Assembly (NCBI GenBank): GCA_963695875.1
Contig: CAVOID010000001.1
Location: 1-60,461, forward strand
Length of the DNA: 60,461 nucleotides
Reading direction: 5' to 3'
DNA from: an uncultured delta proteobacterium
GTDB taxonomy: Bacteria; Desulfobacterota; Syntrophia; Syntrophales; UBA2185
In this document: positions 35,390 to 45,245 of the stretch, piece after piece
Layout of the letters: each line of letters begins with the position of its first letter
Numbering within the stretch: position 1 is the first letter of the stretch
The notes under the pieces: generated by a model
The model's input: the letters and a program-made list of their open reading frames with translations, nothing else
Databases searched by the model: none
Told to the model about the DNA's origin: nothing
Made by a program: the position numbers and the translations under genes

Positions 35390-36271
35390 ATGATTTACTG
35401 CATGGAAGTAATAAGCATAAAACATCATTATTTGAAGATAGTAACTGCCCTGAATGTTACCTTAGGGTTATTACTCATCGTTGTGCTGGGGTTCTCTGCG
35501 AGGAATATTATAACGCTGGTTCAAAAAAAAGATATGAAATCGGTCTCAGTTGCCCCCATTGCATCAAAGAAACATGAAAATAAAGACATTAAGGAATATG
35601 AGGCGCTCCTCCAAACCAACCCATTTGGCGTACCTGCCGGTTCACTGAAACAAGGTCCTTCTGAAGGAGAACGGGCAGCAATTTCTGATATTAAGCTCGT
35701 AGGAACAATTTCCGGAAGCTCTAAAGACGGCTATGCCGTGTTTATTGGCAGTGATGGCAAGCAAGCAATGTTCAAGACAGGCGAGACCGTGTTCGGCGTG
35801 GGAGAGCTGAAAAAGGTTGAAAAAAACAGTGTATTCATTCATAAAGATGGGAAATTGATTAAAATTAGTATGACCGATCTGCTGACCTTAAGTGATATGC
35901 AGGCTTCAAAGGGTACTGCAGGAATAGCGGGACCAGTGCAATCTGTCGGAAAAGGGGAGTATATCATAGACCAAAAAGCGGCTATGGTTACCTTGGATAA
36001 TCCTGCTCAGATCATGACGGATGCAAAGCTTATCCCTAACATGGTAAAGGGTAAGCCAGATGGGTTTATTCTGCAGGAAATCAGAAAAAGCGGTGTCTAC
36101 GATAACTTGGGTCTGAAGAATGGCGATATCCTTTTGCGGATCAATAACTCTAACATTTCAAATCCCGAGAATGCACTTCAGACCTTTATGGCCTTGAAGG
36201 GGATGGATAAAGTACAACTTGACATAATCAGAGACGGCAACAGGATGACTCTGAATTATCAAATCAGATGA
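35390..36271 (+). CDS. gspC: T2SS protein C with PDZ domain
   Basis: TM, NPFG, KLVGTI, PDZ GLKNGDILLRIN; first gene of the operon. Confidence 0.85.
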   Translation: MIYCMEVISIKHHYLKIVTALNVTLGLLLIVVLGFSARNIITLVQKKDMKSVSVAPIASKKHENKDIKEYEALLQTNPFGVPAGSLKQGPSEGERAAISDIKLVGTISGSSKDGYAVFIGSDGKQAMFKTGETVFGVGELKKVEKNSVFIHKDGKLIKISMTDLLTLSDMQASKGTAGIAGPVQSVGKGEYIIDQKAAMVTLDNPAQIMTDAKLIPNMVKGKPDGFILQEIRKSGVYDNLGLKNGDILLRINNSNISNPENALQTFMALKGMDKVQLDIIRDGNRMTLNYQIR

Positions 36272-36287
36272 GGAAAACCGGTAACCT

Positions 36288-39014
36288 ATGCATAAGATAA
36301 TAGTAAAAAGAGTCTCAATGCTAATTTTTCTGGTGTGTGTTTTGACAGTGTCAGCCGATACCATGGCGGCATTTAAGATGGACAGCAAGGTCACATTCAA
36401 CTTTGTAGATGTCGATCTTCCGGTTATCACAAAATTTGTGAGTGAGATAACCCACAAAAATTTCATTCTCGATGAGCGTGTGAGAGGCAAGATAACGATA
36501 ATTGCTCCTACGAAACTTAGTGTATCCGATACATTCAATCTCTTTACTGCCGTTCTGGAAATGAAGGGGTTTACTGTTGTTCCTTCAGGCGTGGACGCTT
36601 ATTCCATTATTCCCACTTCAGAGGCAAAACAGAAAGGGTTAAAATTTGACAAGGAGAAGAAGCCTGTCAACGCAAGCTATGGAGCCCAGCTGATTCCCCT
36701 GAAATATATTTCAGCGGGAGAAGTGATGAAATTAGTTCAACCAATAGTATCGAAAGACGGATACATATCGGTATTCGGTCCGGGGAATCTGCTCTTAGTT
36801 ATTGACTCAGGCAACAATATAGCAAATGTCATGTCAATTATCGATGCAATTGACAAGCCATCAGAGAGCAGGGGATCGATCAACATCTATTTCCTTGAAA
36901 ATGCCGATGCAACTGAACTGTCAAAGGTTTTGGAAACACTTACTAAGTCGGCACAGACACAGCCTCAGAGGCAGTCCTCAGTCGCCTCAGCATTTGAGTC
37001 CGTGAGCGGGATTACTATAACGCCGGACAAGGCCTCCAATGCCCTCATTATTGTCGCGTCTCCTTCCGACTATCAGAATATACTGCCGATCATCAAAAAA
37101 CTGGATAAGAGGCGTCGGCAGGTATTTGTTGAGGTCATGATCGCGGAAATATCCATGAATAAACTCCTTCAACTGGGTACACGCTGGCGGGCTGCGGTGA
37201 TGCGCGGTGGAGAGCCGGTATTTGTTGCAGGAGTCGGAACTGTGGACACAAGCACGATCAGCTCTATTGTCACCGGTCTGACAGGGCTTACCATGGGAGG
37301 CCTGGCCAATTACTTTACAATACCACAGAGCTTCATTTCCGGGGCGACATCGGATGTGACAGCTCCCGGTCTTGCAGCACTCTTCAGTTTGAGTGATTTC
37401 AGGGATGCCGTAAACGTCCTTTCAACTCCGCAGATATTGACATCAGACAACAAAGAGGCGCAAATTATCGTTGGCGAGAATGTGCCTTTTATTGCATCAA
37501 GAGAGAGGGATATCACGACTACGAATACAGTGCTTAGCTCCATCAACAGGCAAGATGTTGGCATTACGCTGAAGATCACCCCCCAGATTTCTGAGGGTGA
37601 TTACGTAAAGATGGATATATATCAGGAGATCTCTGCACTCCTTGGTGGGGAGTCGGAGAATATTTTGACCTCTATCGGTCCGACGATTACCAAGAGATCG
37701 ACAAAAACATCGGTGGTCGTTAAAGATAAACAAACTGTCGTAATCGGTGGGCTCATGCAGGATAGAGACGAGGAGATAACGACGAAGGTGCCTCTCCTCG
37801 GTGATATTCCCCTGATCGGATGGCTTTTTAAATATAAGACAACCCAGAAGACCAAGACCAACCTCTTGGTATTTCTTACACCTCATGTAGTTACAGAAGC
37901 AGCTCAATTGGGCCGGCTTTCCAAAGATAAGCTAAATGATTTTACTCAAAAAGAGAAACTTTATGTTGAGGGAGAACTGATCGTGACATTCAAAAGCGGT
38001 GTGACGGAGGACGCGGCTAAGGATGTTATTACTCGTCAGAATGCTGCGATTATAAAAACTGTCAAGGAGAATACATATCGCATCAAATTAAAAGAAGGGA
38101 CGAGCCTCGAAGCGGCCGCCAATCAATTCTCAGTGTTGCCGGAGGTACAGAAGGCCGAACCTGTCAATATAATTCAAATGCACAATAGTGAAGGTGAATT
38201 GTCGCAACCTTCCATTCCTTCAAGTGCCACGAGTGAAACTTCTATAAAGACAGATGTCCAACCGACTGCAGTTTCACCTGCTGAGGAGAAAAAAATTAAT
38301 GGTCAAACTAAAGAGCTGCTTACAGTTACTCCGCCAAGGGTTACAAAAAATGGTAAGTATGCCATCCAGATAAAAGCTTATCCTGAAGCAGAAAAGAAAG
38401 ATGCGATGATGTTTGCAGAGGATCTGAAAAAAACGCAGCCGGACGTTTACGTGGAAAGAGTTAAAATACGAAAGCAGGGCGTCTGGTACAGGATATTAAC
38501 GGGACAATTTGCGAGTATTGAAGATGCCTCTAATTATATGAAGGAAAAGAAAATCTTAGAAACGCATCCAGGGAGTTTCGTCCAGTTGAAATCTGAAGGA
38601 CGATCATCAAGCATTACGAAAGGAGCTTCCTCGGATCAGAATGGCCAATCAACGGCAGTTATACCTGTCGAAGAGAAAAAATTTAATGGTCAAACTAAAG
38701 AGCTGCTTACAGTTACTCCGCCAAGGGTTACAAAAAATGGTAAGTATGCCATCCAGATAAAAGCTTATCCTGGAGTAGAAGAGAAAGATGCGATGATGTT
38801 TGCAGAGGATCTGAAAAAAACGCAGCCGGACGTTTACGTGGAAAGAGTTAAAATACGAAAGCGTGGTGTCTGGTATAGGATATTGACGGGACAATTTGCG
38901 AGTATTGAAGATGCCTCTAATTATATGAAGGAAAAGAAAATCTTAGAAACGCATCCAGGGAGTTTCGTCCAGCTGAAATCTGAAGGACGATCATCAAAGC
39001 CTAAACCGGAATAA
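36288..39014 (+). CDS. gspD: T2SS secretin with a long C-terminal extension (two SPOR-like repeats)
   Basis: FNFVDVD N0 domain, QVFVEVMIAE, STPQILTSDN, KVPLLGDIP, NLLVFLTP; ~350 extra residues. Confidence 0.93.
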   Translation: MHKIIVKRVSMLIFLVCVLTVSADTMAAFKMDSKVTFNFVDVDLPVITKFVSEITHKNFILDERVRGKITIIAPTKLSVSDTFNLFTAVLEMKGFTVVPSGVDAYSIIPTSEAKQKGLKFDKEKKPVNASYGAQLIPLKYISAGEVMKLVQPIVSKDGYISVFGPGNLLLVIDSGNNIANVMSIIDAIDKPSESRGSINIYFLENADATELSKVLETLTKSAQTQPQRQSSVASAFESVSGITITPDKASNALIIVASPSDYQNILPIIKKLDKRRRQVFVEVMIAEISMNKLLQLGTRWRAAVMRGGEPVFVAGVGTVDTSTISSIVTGLTGLTMGGLANYFTIPQSFISGATSDVTAPGLAALFSLSDFRDAVNVLSTPQILTSDNKEAQIIVGENVPFIASRERDITTTNTVLSSINRQDVGITLKITPQISEGDYVKMDIYQEISALLGGESENILTSIGPTITKRSTKTSVVVKDKQTVVIGGLMQDRDEEITTKVPLLGDIPLIGWLFKYKTTQKTKTNLLVFLTPHVVTEAAQLGRLSKDKLNDFTQKEKLYVEGELIVTFKSGVTEDAAKDVITRQNAAIIKTVKENTYRIKLKEGTSLEAAANQFSVLPEVQKAEPVNIIQMHNSEGELSQPSIPSSATSETSIKTDVQPTAVSPAEEKKINGQTKELLTVTPPRVTKNGKYAIQIKAYPEAEKKDAMMFAEDLKKTQPDVYVERVKIRKQGVWYRILTGQFASIEDASNYMKEKKILETHPGSFVQLKSEGRSSSITKGASSDQNGQSTAVIPVEEKKFNGQTKELLTVTPPRVTKNGKYAIQIKAYPGVEEKDAMMFAEDLKKTQPDVYVERVKIRKRGVWYRILTGQFASIEDASNYMKEKKILETHPGSFVQLKSEGRSSKPKPE
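38286..38997 (+). repeat. Near-identical in-frame direct repeat (38286-38610 / 38673-38997; 387 bp offset)
   Basis: Both copies encode YAIQIKAY...GVWYRILTGQFASIEDA. Confidence 0.95.
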
Positions 39015-39092
39015 GACAGGTGTGAGCAAAACCTGGAAACCTGTATGCCATTTGACGGTAATGGTAAATTGTAAATGAACCGATCAAGTTAT

Positions 39093-39240
39093 GAGACCTT
39101 CAATAATATACTCCTGATGTCATTGCGAGGAACGTAGCGACGTGGCAATCTTATTTTTAGTTTGTAAGATTTCTCCTGGAGTTTACCCTAAGTAAACCGA
39201 TGGGGTCTAAATGACAAGGTGAGAGTTTTTCAAAGGTCTA
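39093..39240. mobile_element. MITE-like element: IS5-type ends enclosing a TGTCATT...AATGACA palindromic repeat
   Basis: Left GAGACCTTCAATAA, right TTTTCAAAGGTCT; internal repeat 39118-39216. Confidence 0.65.
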
Positions 39241-39278
39241 GGTGAGAGAGCGAAACGATAGGTGATGATTTAAGGAAT

Positions 39279-40799
39279 ATGGAGCTGGTAGAAGCCATCA
39301 AGGATGAAGATGTGGATATTTCTCTGATGCAAGAGGTCCCGTTCTCATTCTCCAGGAACAATCTTATCCTTCCGCTGAAGAAGCTAGGGGGTTATCTTAT
39401 AGCAGCCGTTGCGGATGACAAGGGAATCTTCGCCGTTTCTGAACTTGCGAAGAAATATGACCTGAAACCGCGTCCCCTGAAAGCGGAAAAGGGGATTCTT
39501 GTCGATGCAATAAGCCGTTTTTACGGTCAGATAGGCACTGCCGCGGAAGTTATGGACAACATATCAGGTGATGATCTCTCAGCCGTTGCTACTGAATTTG
39601 AAAAACCAAGGGATCTTCTAGAACTGATTGAAGATGCACCGATCATACGGCTTCTCAACGCCCTTTTCCAGCAGGCCGCCAAGGATAGGGCCAGCGATAT
39701 TCACATTGAGCCTTATGAAAAGGATCTGGAGGTTCGCATGCGGGTTGATGGTATCCTGCACAAGGTCTTGAGCCCTCCGAAGATAATTCAGGATGCTCTG
39801 ATAAGCAGGGTAAAGATCATGGCCAGTCTGGATATTGCTGAGAAGAGACTTCCCCAGGATGGCCGTATACGGCTTCTCATCGGGGGGCAGGATATCGACC
39901 TCAGAGTATCAACCATTCCAACCGTTTTCGGCGAACGGGCCGTCCTTAGGTTATTGCATAGAAAGCAGGGCCTGATAAGTCTTTCTGAAATGGGATTTGA
40001 TGAAAGCAGCAGGGCGTCCTTTGAGGGTCTTTTGGCGAGGACGAGCGGCATTATTCTCGTCACAGGTCCCACAGGGAGTGGAAAGACAACGACCCTCTAC
40101 GCGGCACTGAACCGGATTTACACAGAGGAGAAAAACATCGTCACCATAGAAGACCCCGTCGAATACCAACTGAAGGGCATAGGGCAGATACATGTCAATC
40201 CCAAGATTGGTCTTTCCTTCGCATCCGGACTGCGCTCGATTTTGAGGCAGGATCCGGATATCATCATGGTAGGTGAAATAAGGGATTATGAAACAGCAGA
40301 GATTGCCATTCAGGCCTCTTTGACAGGTCATCTTGTCCTGAGTACTTTACACACCATTGATGCGTCTTCTGCCGTGATACGGCTGGTCGATATGGGCGTG
40401 GAGCCCTTCCTGGTCGCATCATCCCTCTCTGCCGTCCTTGCACAGAGGCTTGTCAGAACCCTCTGCCCGGACTGCAAGGAGGAATACACGGCAACAGGCG
40501 CAGAGTTGGTTTATTTTTCTGCCGGCGTGTCAACATTATACAGGGGAAAAGGATGTCAGAATTGCAGGGAAAGTGGATATTTAGGAAGGACGGGGATATA
40601 TGAACTTCTGATTGTTGATGCTGATATCAGACAGATGATATCGGATAGAGTCAGTGCACAAGATATAAAAAATAATGCTGTCGAAAAGGGCATGAAAACC
40701 CTCTTCACAGATGGTCTCGATAAGGTCATACGCGGAGTTACGACCCTTCAGGAAGTTTTGCGAGTGACGCAGAAGGATTATGCCGATATTTCAGTATAA
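39279..40799 (+). CDS. gspE: T2SS ATPase
   Basis: ASDIHIEP, LPQDGR, GPTGSGKTT, LRQDPD, TGHLVLSTLH, CxxC pairs. Confidence 0.95.
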   Translation: MELVEAIKDEDVDISLMQEVPFSFSRNNLILPLKKLGGYLIAAVADDKGIFAVSELAKKYDLKPRPLKAEKGILVDAISRFYGQIGTAAEVMDNISGDDLSAVATEFEKPRDLLELIEDAPIIRLLNALFQQAAKDRASDIHIEPYEKDLEVRMRVDGILHKVLSPPKIIQDALISRVKIMASLDIAEKRLPQDGRIRLLIGGQDIDLRVSTIPTVFGERAVLRLLHRKQGLISLSEMGFDESSRASFEGLLARTSGIILVTGPTGSGKTTTLYAALNRIYTEEKNIVTIEDPVEYQLKGIGQIHVNPKIGLSFASGLRSILRQDPDIIMVGEIRDYETAEIAIQASLTGHLVLSTLHTIDASSAVIRLVDMGVEPFLVASSLSAVLAQRLVRTLCPDCKEEYTATGAELVYFSAGVSTLYRGKGCQNCRESGYLGRTGIYELLIVDADIRQMISDRVSAQDIKNNAVEKGMKTLFTDGLDKVIRGVTTLQEVLRVTQKDYADISV

Positions 40800-41955
40800 A
40801 GGTTATGCCGCAGATGGTACAGAGGTACGAGGCTCCATCGAGGCTCCGGGGCTGCGTGACGCGATCTCTCAGGTTAAGGCAAAAAAAGTCCTACCCACGG
40901 ACGTTGTTGAATCTGCCAGGAAGAGAAAAAAGGGGATATTCCGGGGAAGAGATGAAACATTTCTGCCAAACATGACCCGGCAGCTTTCCATCCTCATTTC
41001 CTCCGGCGTACCTTTAATGGAAGCTCTGCAGAGCCTTTCCGATGAGTATCAGGGATATTACAGGGAGATTTTGATTGCAATAAAAGAACAGCTCTCCGGT
41101 GGTGCAAGTTTCTACAAGGCATTGCAGGAGTATAGCCATATTTTTTCCGGCTATTACATTCATATGATACAGGCTGGTGAGGCAAGCGGGGCGCTGGATA
41201 AAGTCCTTGTCAAGCTTGCCGATTTCCTTGAACATCAGAGTGTTGTGAGATCAAAGATTCGATCATCCATGATTTACCCCATACTGATGGCGGGGGTAAG
41301 TCTAGTAGTCCTCTCATTTCTCTTTACTTTTGTCATACCTAAACTTGTCAGGATATTTGCTGATACGAAAAGTACACTCCCACTTATAACAATAATCCTC
41401 ATATCAATAAGCAATGCCTTTGCGAAATACTGGTGGGCCATCATCGGCATTTTGGTTGTCATCGTCATGTCCGTGAGGAAGTACATCAGTACAAACAAGG
41501 AAAAGGTTGACAGGCTTATCCTCCGGCTGCCGGGTGGCATTGTTCAGAGTCTTTATTATGCAAGATTTGCACGATCCATGGAGGTTCTCATCGGTGGAGG
41601 GCTACCGGTGTTAGCAGCACTCAAGCTGTCAGCATCAGCTATAGGGAACAGGGCGCTGGAGGCTAACATTTTTCATGCGGGAGAGAAGGTTGCAGAGGGG
41701 CAAACTATTGCGTCATCACTGAAGGGTTTTCCATCCGTGTTTGTACAGCTTGTAGCTACGGGTGAAAAGACAGGGAAACTGGCTGAAACACTGAAAAAGG
41801 CAGCTTCATCCTATGAAGAAGAGTTCATCAGGAAGGTTGACAGGACTGTCTCAATCTTTGAGCCGGTTATGATAATATTTATGGCCCTTATAGTTTGCTT
41901 TATTGTACTGGCAGTATTGCTGCCTATCTTCCAATTGAATCAGTTGGTGAAGTAA
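40780..41955 (+). CDS. gspF: T2SS inner-membrane platform protein
   Basis: TRQLS.LI.SGVPL, AGEASG.L, GEKTG.L, EPVMI. Confidence 0.93.
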   Translation: MPIFQYKGYAADGTEVRGSIEAPGLRDAISQVKAKKVLPTDVVESARKRKKGIFRGRDETFLPNMTRQLSILISSGVPLMEALQSLSDEYQGYYREILIAIKEQLSGGASFYKALQEYSHIFSGYYIHMIQAGEASGALDKVLVKLADFLEHQSVVRSKIRSSMIYPILMAGVSLVVLSFLFTFVIPKLVRIFADTKSTLPLITIILISISNAFAKYWWAIIGILVVIVMSVRKYISTNKEKVDRLILRLPGGIVQSLYYARFARSMEVLIGGGLPVLAALKLSASAIGNRALEANIFHAGEKVAEGQTIASSLKGFPSVFVQLVATGEKTGKLAETLKKAASSYEEEFIRKVDRTVSIFEPVMIIFMALIVCFIVLAVLLPIFQLNQLVK

Positions 41956-41971
41956 GGGGGCTTTCTCAATT

Positions 41972-42344
41972 TGTCATTTCGATCGAAGGGAGAAATCTTA
42001 TATGGTTCTATGTAAAACATATTATGTTTATTTACTGACCAACTGGAATCATAGAGTCATGTATGTTGGCGTTACCAATGATCTTAAACGGCGTCTTTAT
42101 GAACACAAGAATAAGCTGGTAGAAGGCTTTTCTGAAAGATATAATCTAAACAAGTTAGTCTATTTTGAAGAAACACAAGATGTACATACTGCTATTACCA
42201 GAGAAAAAGAAATAAAAACATGGCGAAGAGAAAAGAAGAATCAGCTTGTAAACCAGATTAATCAAGAATGGCAGGACTTAAGTGAGACGTTATAAGATTT
42301 CTCCCTTTGGTCGAAATGACACAAAGTGAAGGTCGAAATGACAA
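41972..42344. mobile_element. GIY-YIG nuclease cassette bounded by 31-bp inverted repeats
   Basis: 41972-42002 versus 42291-42321 (29/31 match), plus an extra partial copy at 42331-42344. Confidence 0.8.
42002..42295 (+). CDS. Stand-alone GIY-YIG nuclease (Ssn-like)
   Basis: YYVYLL..VMYVGVTNDL.RR..EH, LVYFE, AITREKEIK.WRREKK, N.EW.DL. Confidence 0.9.
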   Translation: MVLCKTYYVYLLTNWNHRVMYVGVTNDLKRRLYEHKNKLVEGFSERYNLNKLVYFEETQDVHTAITREKEIKTWRREKKNQLVNQINQEWQDLSETL

Positions 42345-42422
42345 TTTACAGCCAAATATAATAAAGAAAGGCATTTATATCTAACTTCTTAGCCCCAAGG
42401 AACAGTAACAGGAGAAGAATAC

Positions 42423-42866
42423 ATGAAACTTGCGCATTATAACCAGAAAGGTTTCACGCTGCTTGAAATCATCGTCGTGGTTTTTATCCTGAGCATATTA
42501 GTTGCTCTGGTAGCGCCAAGGATTATCGGGCGTACGGATGATGCCCGTATTACAGATGCCAAGCTGCAGATAAAAAATTTCGAGATGGCGTTGAAATTAT
42601 TCAAGCTCGATAATGGCTTTTATCCAGATACCCAGCAGGGCTTAGAGGCCCTGATAGAGAAACCGACTGTGGGACGAATACCTCCCAAATACCGCGACGG
42701 CGGCTATTTAGAGCAGAAGAAGATCCCGTTGGACCCGTGGGGCAGTCCCTATATATATTTGTGTCCCGGGCTACATGGGGATTTCGATATTATCAGTTAT
42801 GGAGCCGATGGCAAAGAGGGCGGAGAGGGCAAGGATGCCGACATTAAAAATTGGGATATGCAATAA
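42423..42866 (+). CDS. gspG: Major pseudopilin
   Basis: GFTLLE, YPDTQQGLEAL, DPWG, SYGADG. Confidence 0.95.
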   Translation: MKLAHYNQKGFTLLEIIVVVFILSILVALVAPRIIGRTDDARITDAKLQIKNFEMALKLFKLDNGFYPDTQQGLEALIEKPTVGRIPPKYRDGGYLEQKKIPLDPWGSPYIYLCPGLHGDFDIISYGADGKEGGEGKDADIKNWDMQ

Positions 42867-43305
42867 TCGAGGGTTTACTCTCTTAGAACTTGTAGTCATT
42901 ATTTTTATTCTCTCTCTTGTTCTTGCCATTTCTTTCCCATCTTTTTCCCTCCAGAAAGATGGGAAGCTTAAGTCTGAAGCAGGTCATATTGCGTCGATCC
43001 TGAGATATCTCAATGACAGCGCCATATCCACAAAAGAAACCTATGCCGTAAGCATAAATTTTAAAGAAAAGACATTGCGCTACAAAGGACCTGAGGGCGA
43101 AAAAGTGGAAAGGATTGATACTCTATCCCGTATTACAATGCAATCAAAGGGAAATGTCTCCGATGGAGAGGTAACGGTTTTTTTGAGTCCAGCGGGGGCG
43201 GGAGAAAATTTCTCGATTCATTTAACTGGTATTGAATCGTCAATGGCAGTTGTCTTCAATGCCCTGAGCGGTAGAGTGAAGGTAGTGGAAAATGAGGGGA
43301 TTTAG
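42835..43305 (+). CDS. gspH: Minor pseudopilin H
   Basis: MPTLKIGICNNRGFTLLEL prepilin site; position in the operon. Confidence 0.8.
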   Translation: MPTLKIGICNNRGFTLLELVVIIFILSLVLAISFPSFSLQKDGKLKSEAGHIASILRYLNDSAISTKETYAVSINFKEKTLRYKGPEGEKVERIDTLSRITMQSKGNVSDGEVTVFLSPAGAGENFSIHLTGIESSMAVVFNALSGRVKVVENEGI

Positions 43306-43699
43306 GATCTTCCCAATTTCATTGCGAGGAGCTTCTGCATCTCGTCAATCTTTTATTAAAAGGCAGAAGAGGGGTTTTACTCTTATTGAAGTGATGATCA
43401 GCCTTGCGATCGTTGGAGGACTGCTGATTACCCTGATATACACTCTGAGCTATAACCTGGGGATTACTGACAGGCAGTTTACTGTAACAAACATTACAAA
43501 TCTTGCAAAGGAAAAGATCGAGGAATTAGAGGTAAATCCACAGGAGATCAAGGGTCGTTTTCCGGAGCCCTATGATATGCTGAATTATGAAACGAAGGTC
43601 AAGGATTCAGCCTTTAAAGGGATGTCGGAAATCGCAGTCGTAGTTGGGGATGGAAAGGAAAGCATAACTTTGTCGGAACTGATTCGGAAACAAAGATGA
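43292..43699 (+). CDS. gspI: Minor pseudopilin I
   Basis: RGFTLIEVMISL; position in the operon. Confidence 0.8.
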   Translation: MRGFRIFPISLRGASASRQSFIKRQKRGFTLIEVMISLAIVGGLLITLIYTLSYNLGITDRQFTVTNITNLAKEKIEELEVNPQEIKGRFPEPYDMLNYETKVKDSAFKGMSEIAVVVGDGKESITLSELIRKQR

Positions 43700-44352
43700 T
43701 AGCTTTAAAATATCGTAAAAAAAAGGGATGGATACAAGGAAGAGATAAAGGCTTCACCCTGATAGAGGTCCTTATTTCCATTGCGGTCATGGCGATGGTA
43801 CTTATTGCGCTTTATAGTACTTTTGCCCTAGCCAACAGAGCATTGTTCAATGTGGATCAATCTCTCGTAAAACTCCAGGAGGCACGTGCCTTTGTTGACA
43901 CTTTAAAAAGGGAGATTGAATCTGCTTTTTATTCAAAGGATATTTCCTATTGTGTCTTCAAAATGGATGACAGGGATTTTTATGGACGGCAGACATCTTC
44001 TCTCACCGTAACTTCGTCATCCCCTTTAATAAAAGGACTTGCGAATATCAACTATACCGTTGAGGAAAGAAAAGGCATTCTGGTGATTACGAAGAGTATG
44101 GTATCAGCATTATCTCAGGCAACAGAAAACAGCAGGATGGATCTTTTAGAAGATATAGAATCCTTTACACTGCAAGCGAATTACCAGAATGCATGGGTAA
44201 AAACATGGGACAGCTCGCTCACCAAGATTACGCCCGATGAGGTGAAGATAATATTGACCATACGTATGAAAAACAGAGAGGGAGAAGACAAGAATGCATT
44301 ACCTTTTTCTATTTTTGAAACGGCCAGAGTGAGGATTGGAACAGCCATATGA
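43696..44352 (+). CDS. gspJ: Minor pseudopilin J
   Basis: KGFTLIEVL; W..TWDS..P..V.I. Confidence 0.8.
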   Translation: MIALKYRKKKGWIQGRDKGFTLIEVLISIAVMAMVLIALYSTFALANRALFNVDQSLVKLQEARAFVDTLKREIESAFYSKDISYCVFKMDDRDFYGRQTSSLTVTSSSPLIKGLANINYTVEERKGILVITKSMVSALSQATENSRMDLLEDIESFTLQANYQNAWVKTWDSSLTKITPDEVKIILTIRMKNREGEDKNALPFSIFETARVRIGTAI

Positions 44353-45245
44353 ACAGGTCTCAGAAGGGTATGGCACTTGTAATCGTACTGTTGATCATGG
44401 CAATAATGACGGCCATGGTGGTGGAGTTTGCCAGTGCGACTTATACGGCAAATGCCTCCCTATACAACTGGAAAGAAGCCCAGAACCTTTCCCTCGCTGC
44501 CAGGTCAGGAATTAATCTTGCTTCAAAAGTGGCATCAGATAATTATGAACGCTACTCATACACATACCCCGGGACTGTTGTGGTGCCCGTTCCCAATGTG
44601 TTGGAGAATTTTGAAGGAAAAGTGGTGGTTAAGGTAGAAGATGAAAATGCAAAATTCAACCTTAACTCAATAATTTTGCCCAATGGCACTTTGAACAAGA
44701 CGGCCTACGAATCCTTCAAAAAACTGCTTGTATACCTGGAACTTGATGAACAAATTGCGGACAAGATTGCCGACTGGATAAACCGCAATAGAAAGACGGG
44801 ACTCGGCATTTTGGAAGTAAGCGCAAAGAATGCCTATATGAACAGTGTGGATGAACTTTGGTTAATCGCGGATTCCAAGGCGTGTGAGAAGATGGTCCCT
44901 CTTGTAACGGTTTACGGTATTGGTGCGGTATATGCGAACATCATCAACATCAATACTGCTTCTGTCCCTGTGTTAATGGCTTTGGATGACACGATGACCA
45001 GTGCGCTCGCCGAAAGGATCGTTAATTATAGATCTATCGAGCCTTTTAGGACGACCAGTGACATAGTAAAAGTGGCAGGTTTCGAAGGCCCATTAGGGCA
45101 GTCCCTTATAGGTAAGATTGCGGTAAAGGCTTCAAACTTTCGTATCACCTCTGAGGCATCACAAGACCGGTTAAAGCGGATTATCGAATGTGTCGTAGAA
45201 AATAGCGGGGGAGGCTTCACGGTCAGGTACTGGCAGGAGACGTAA
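44349..45245 (+). CDS. gspK: Minor pseudopilin K
   Basis: KGMALVIVL, DENAKFNLN, ININTAS. Confidence 0.9.
   Translation: MNRSQKGMALVIVLLIMAIMTAMVVEFASATYTANASLYNWKEAQNLSLAARSGINLASKVASDNYERYSYTYPGTVVVPVPNVLENFEGKVVVKVEDENAKFNLNSIILPNGTLNKTAYESFKKLLVYLELDEQIADKIADWINRNRKTGLGILEVSAKNAYMNSVDELWLIADSKACEKMVPLVTVYGIGAVYANIININTASVPVLMALDDTMTSALAERIVNYRSIEPFRTTSDIVKVAGFEGPLGQSLIGKIAVKASNFRITSEASQDRLKRIIECVVENSGGGFTVRYWQET

Noticed and set aside
41957..42396. Outer GGGGCT...AGCCCC ends around the GIY-YIG cassette as transposon termini
   Set aside because: Only 6 bp match; insufficient evidence
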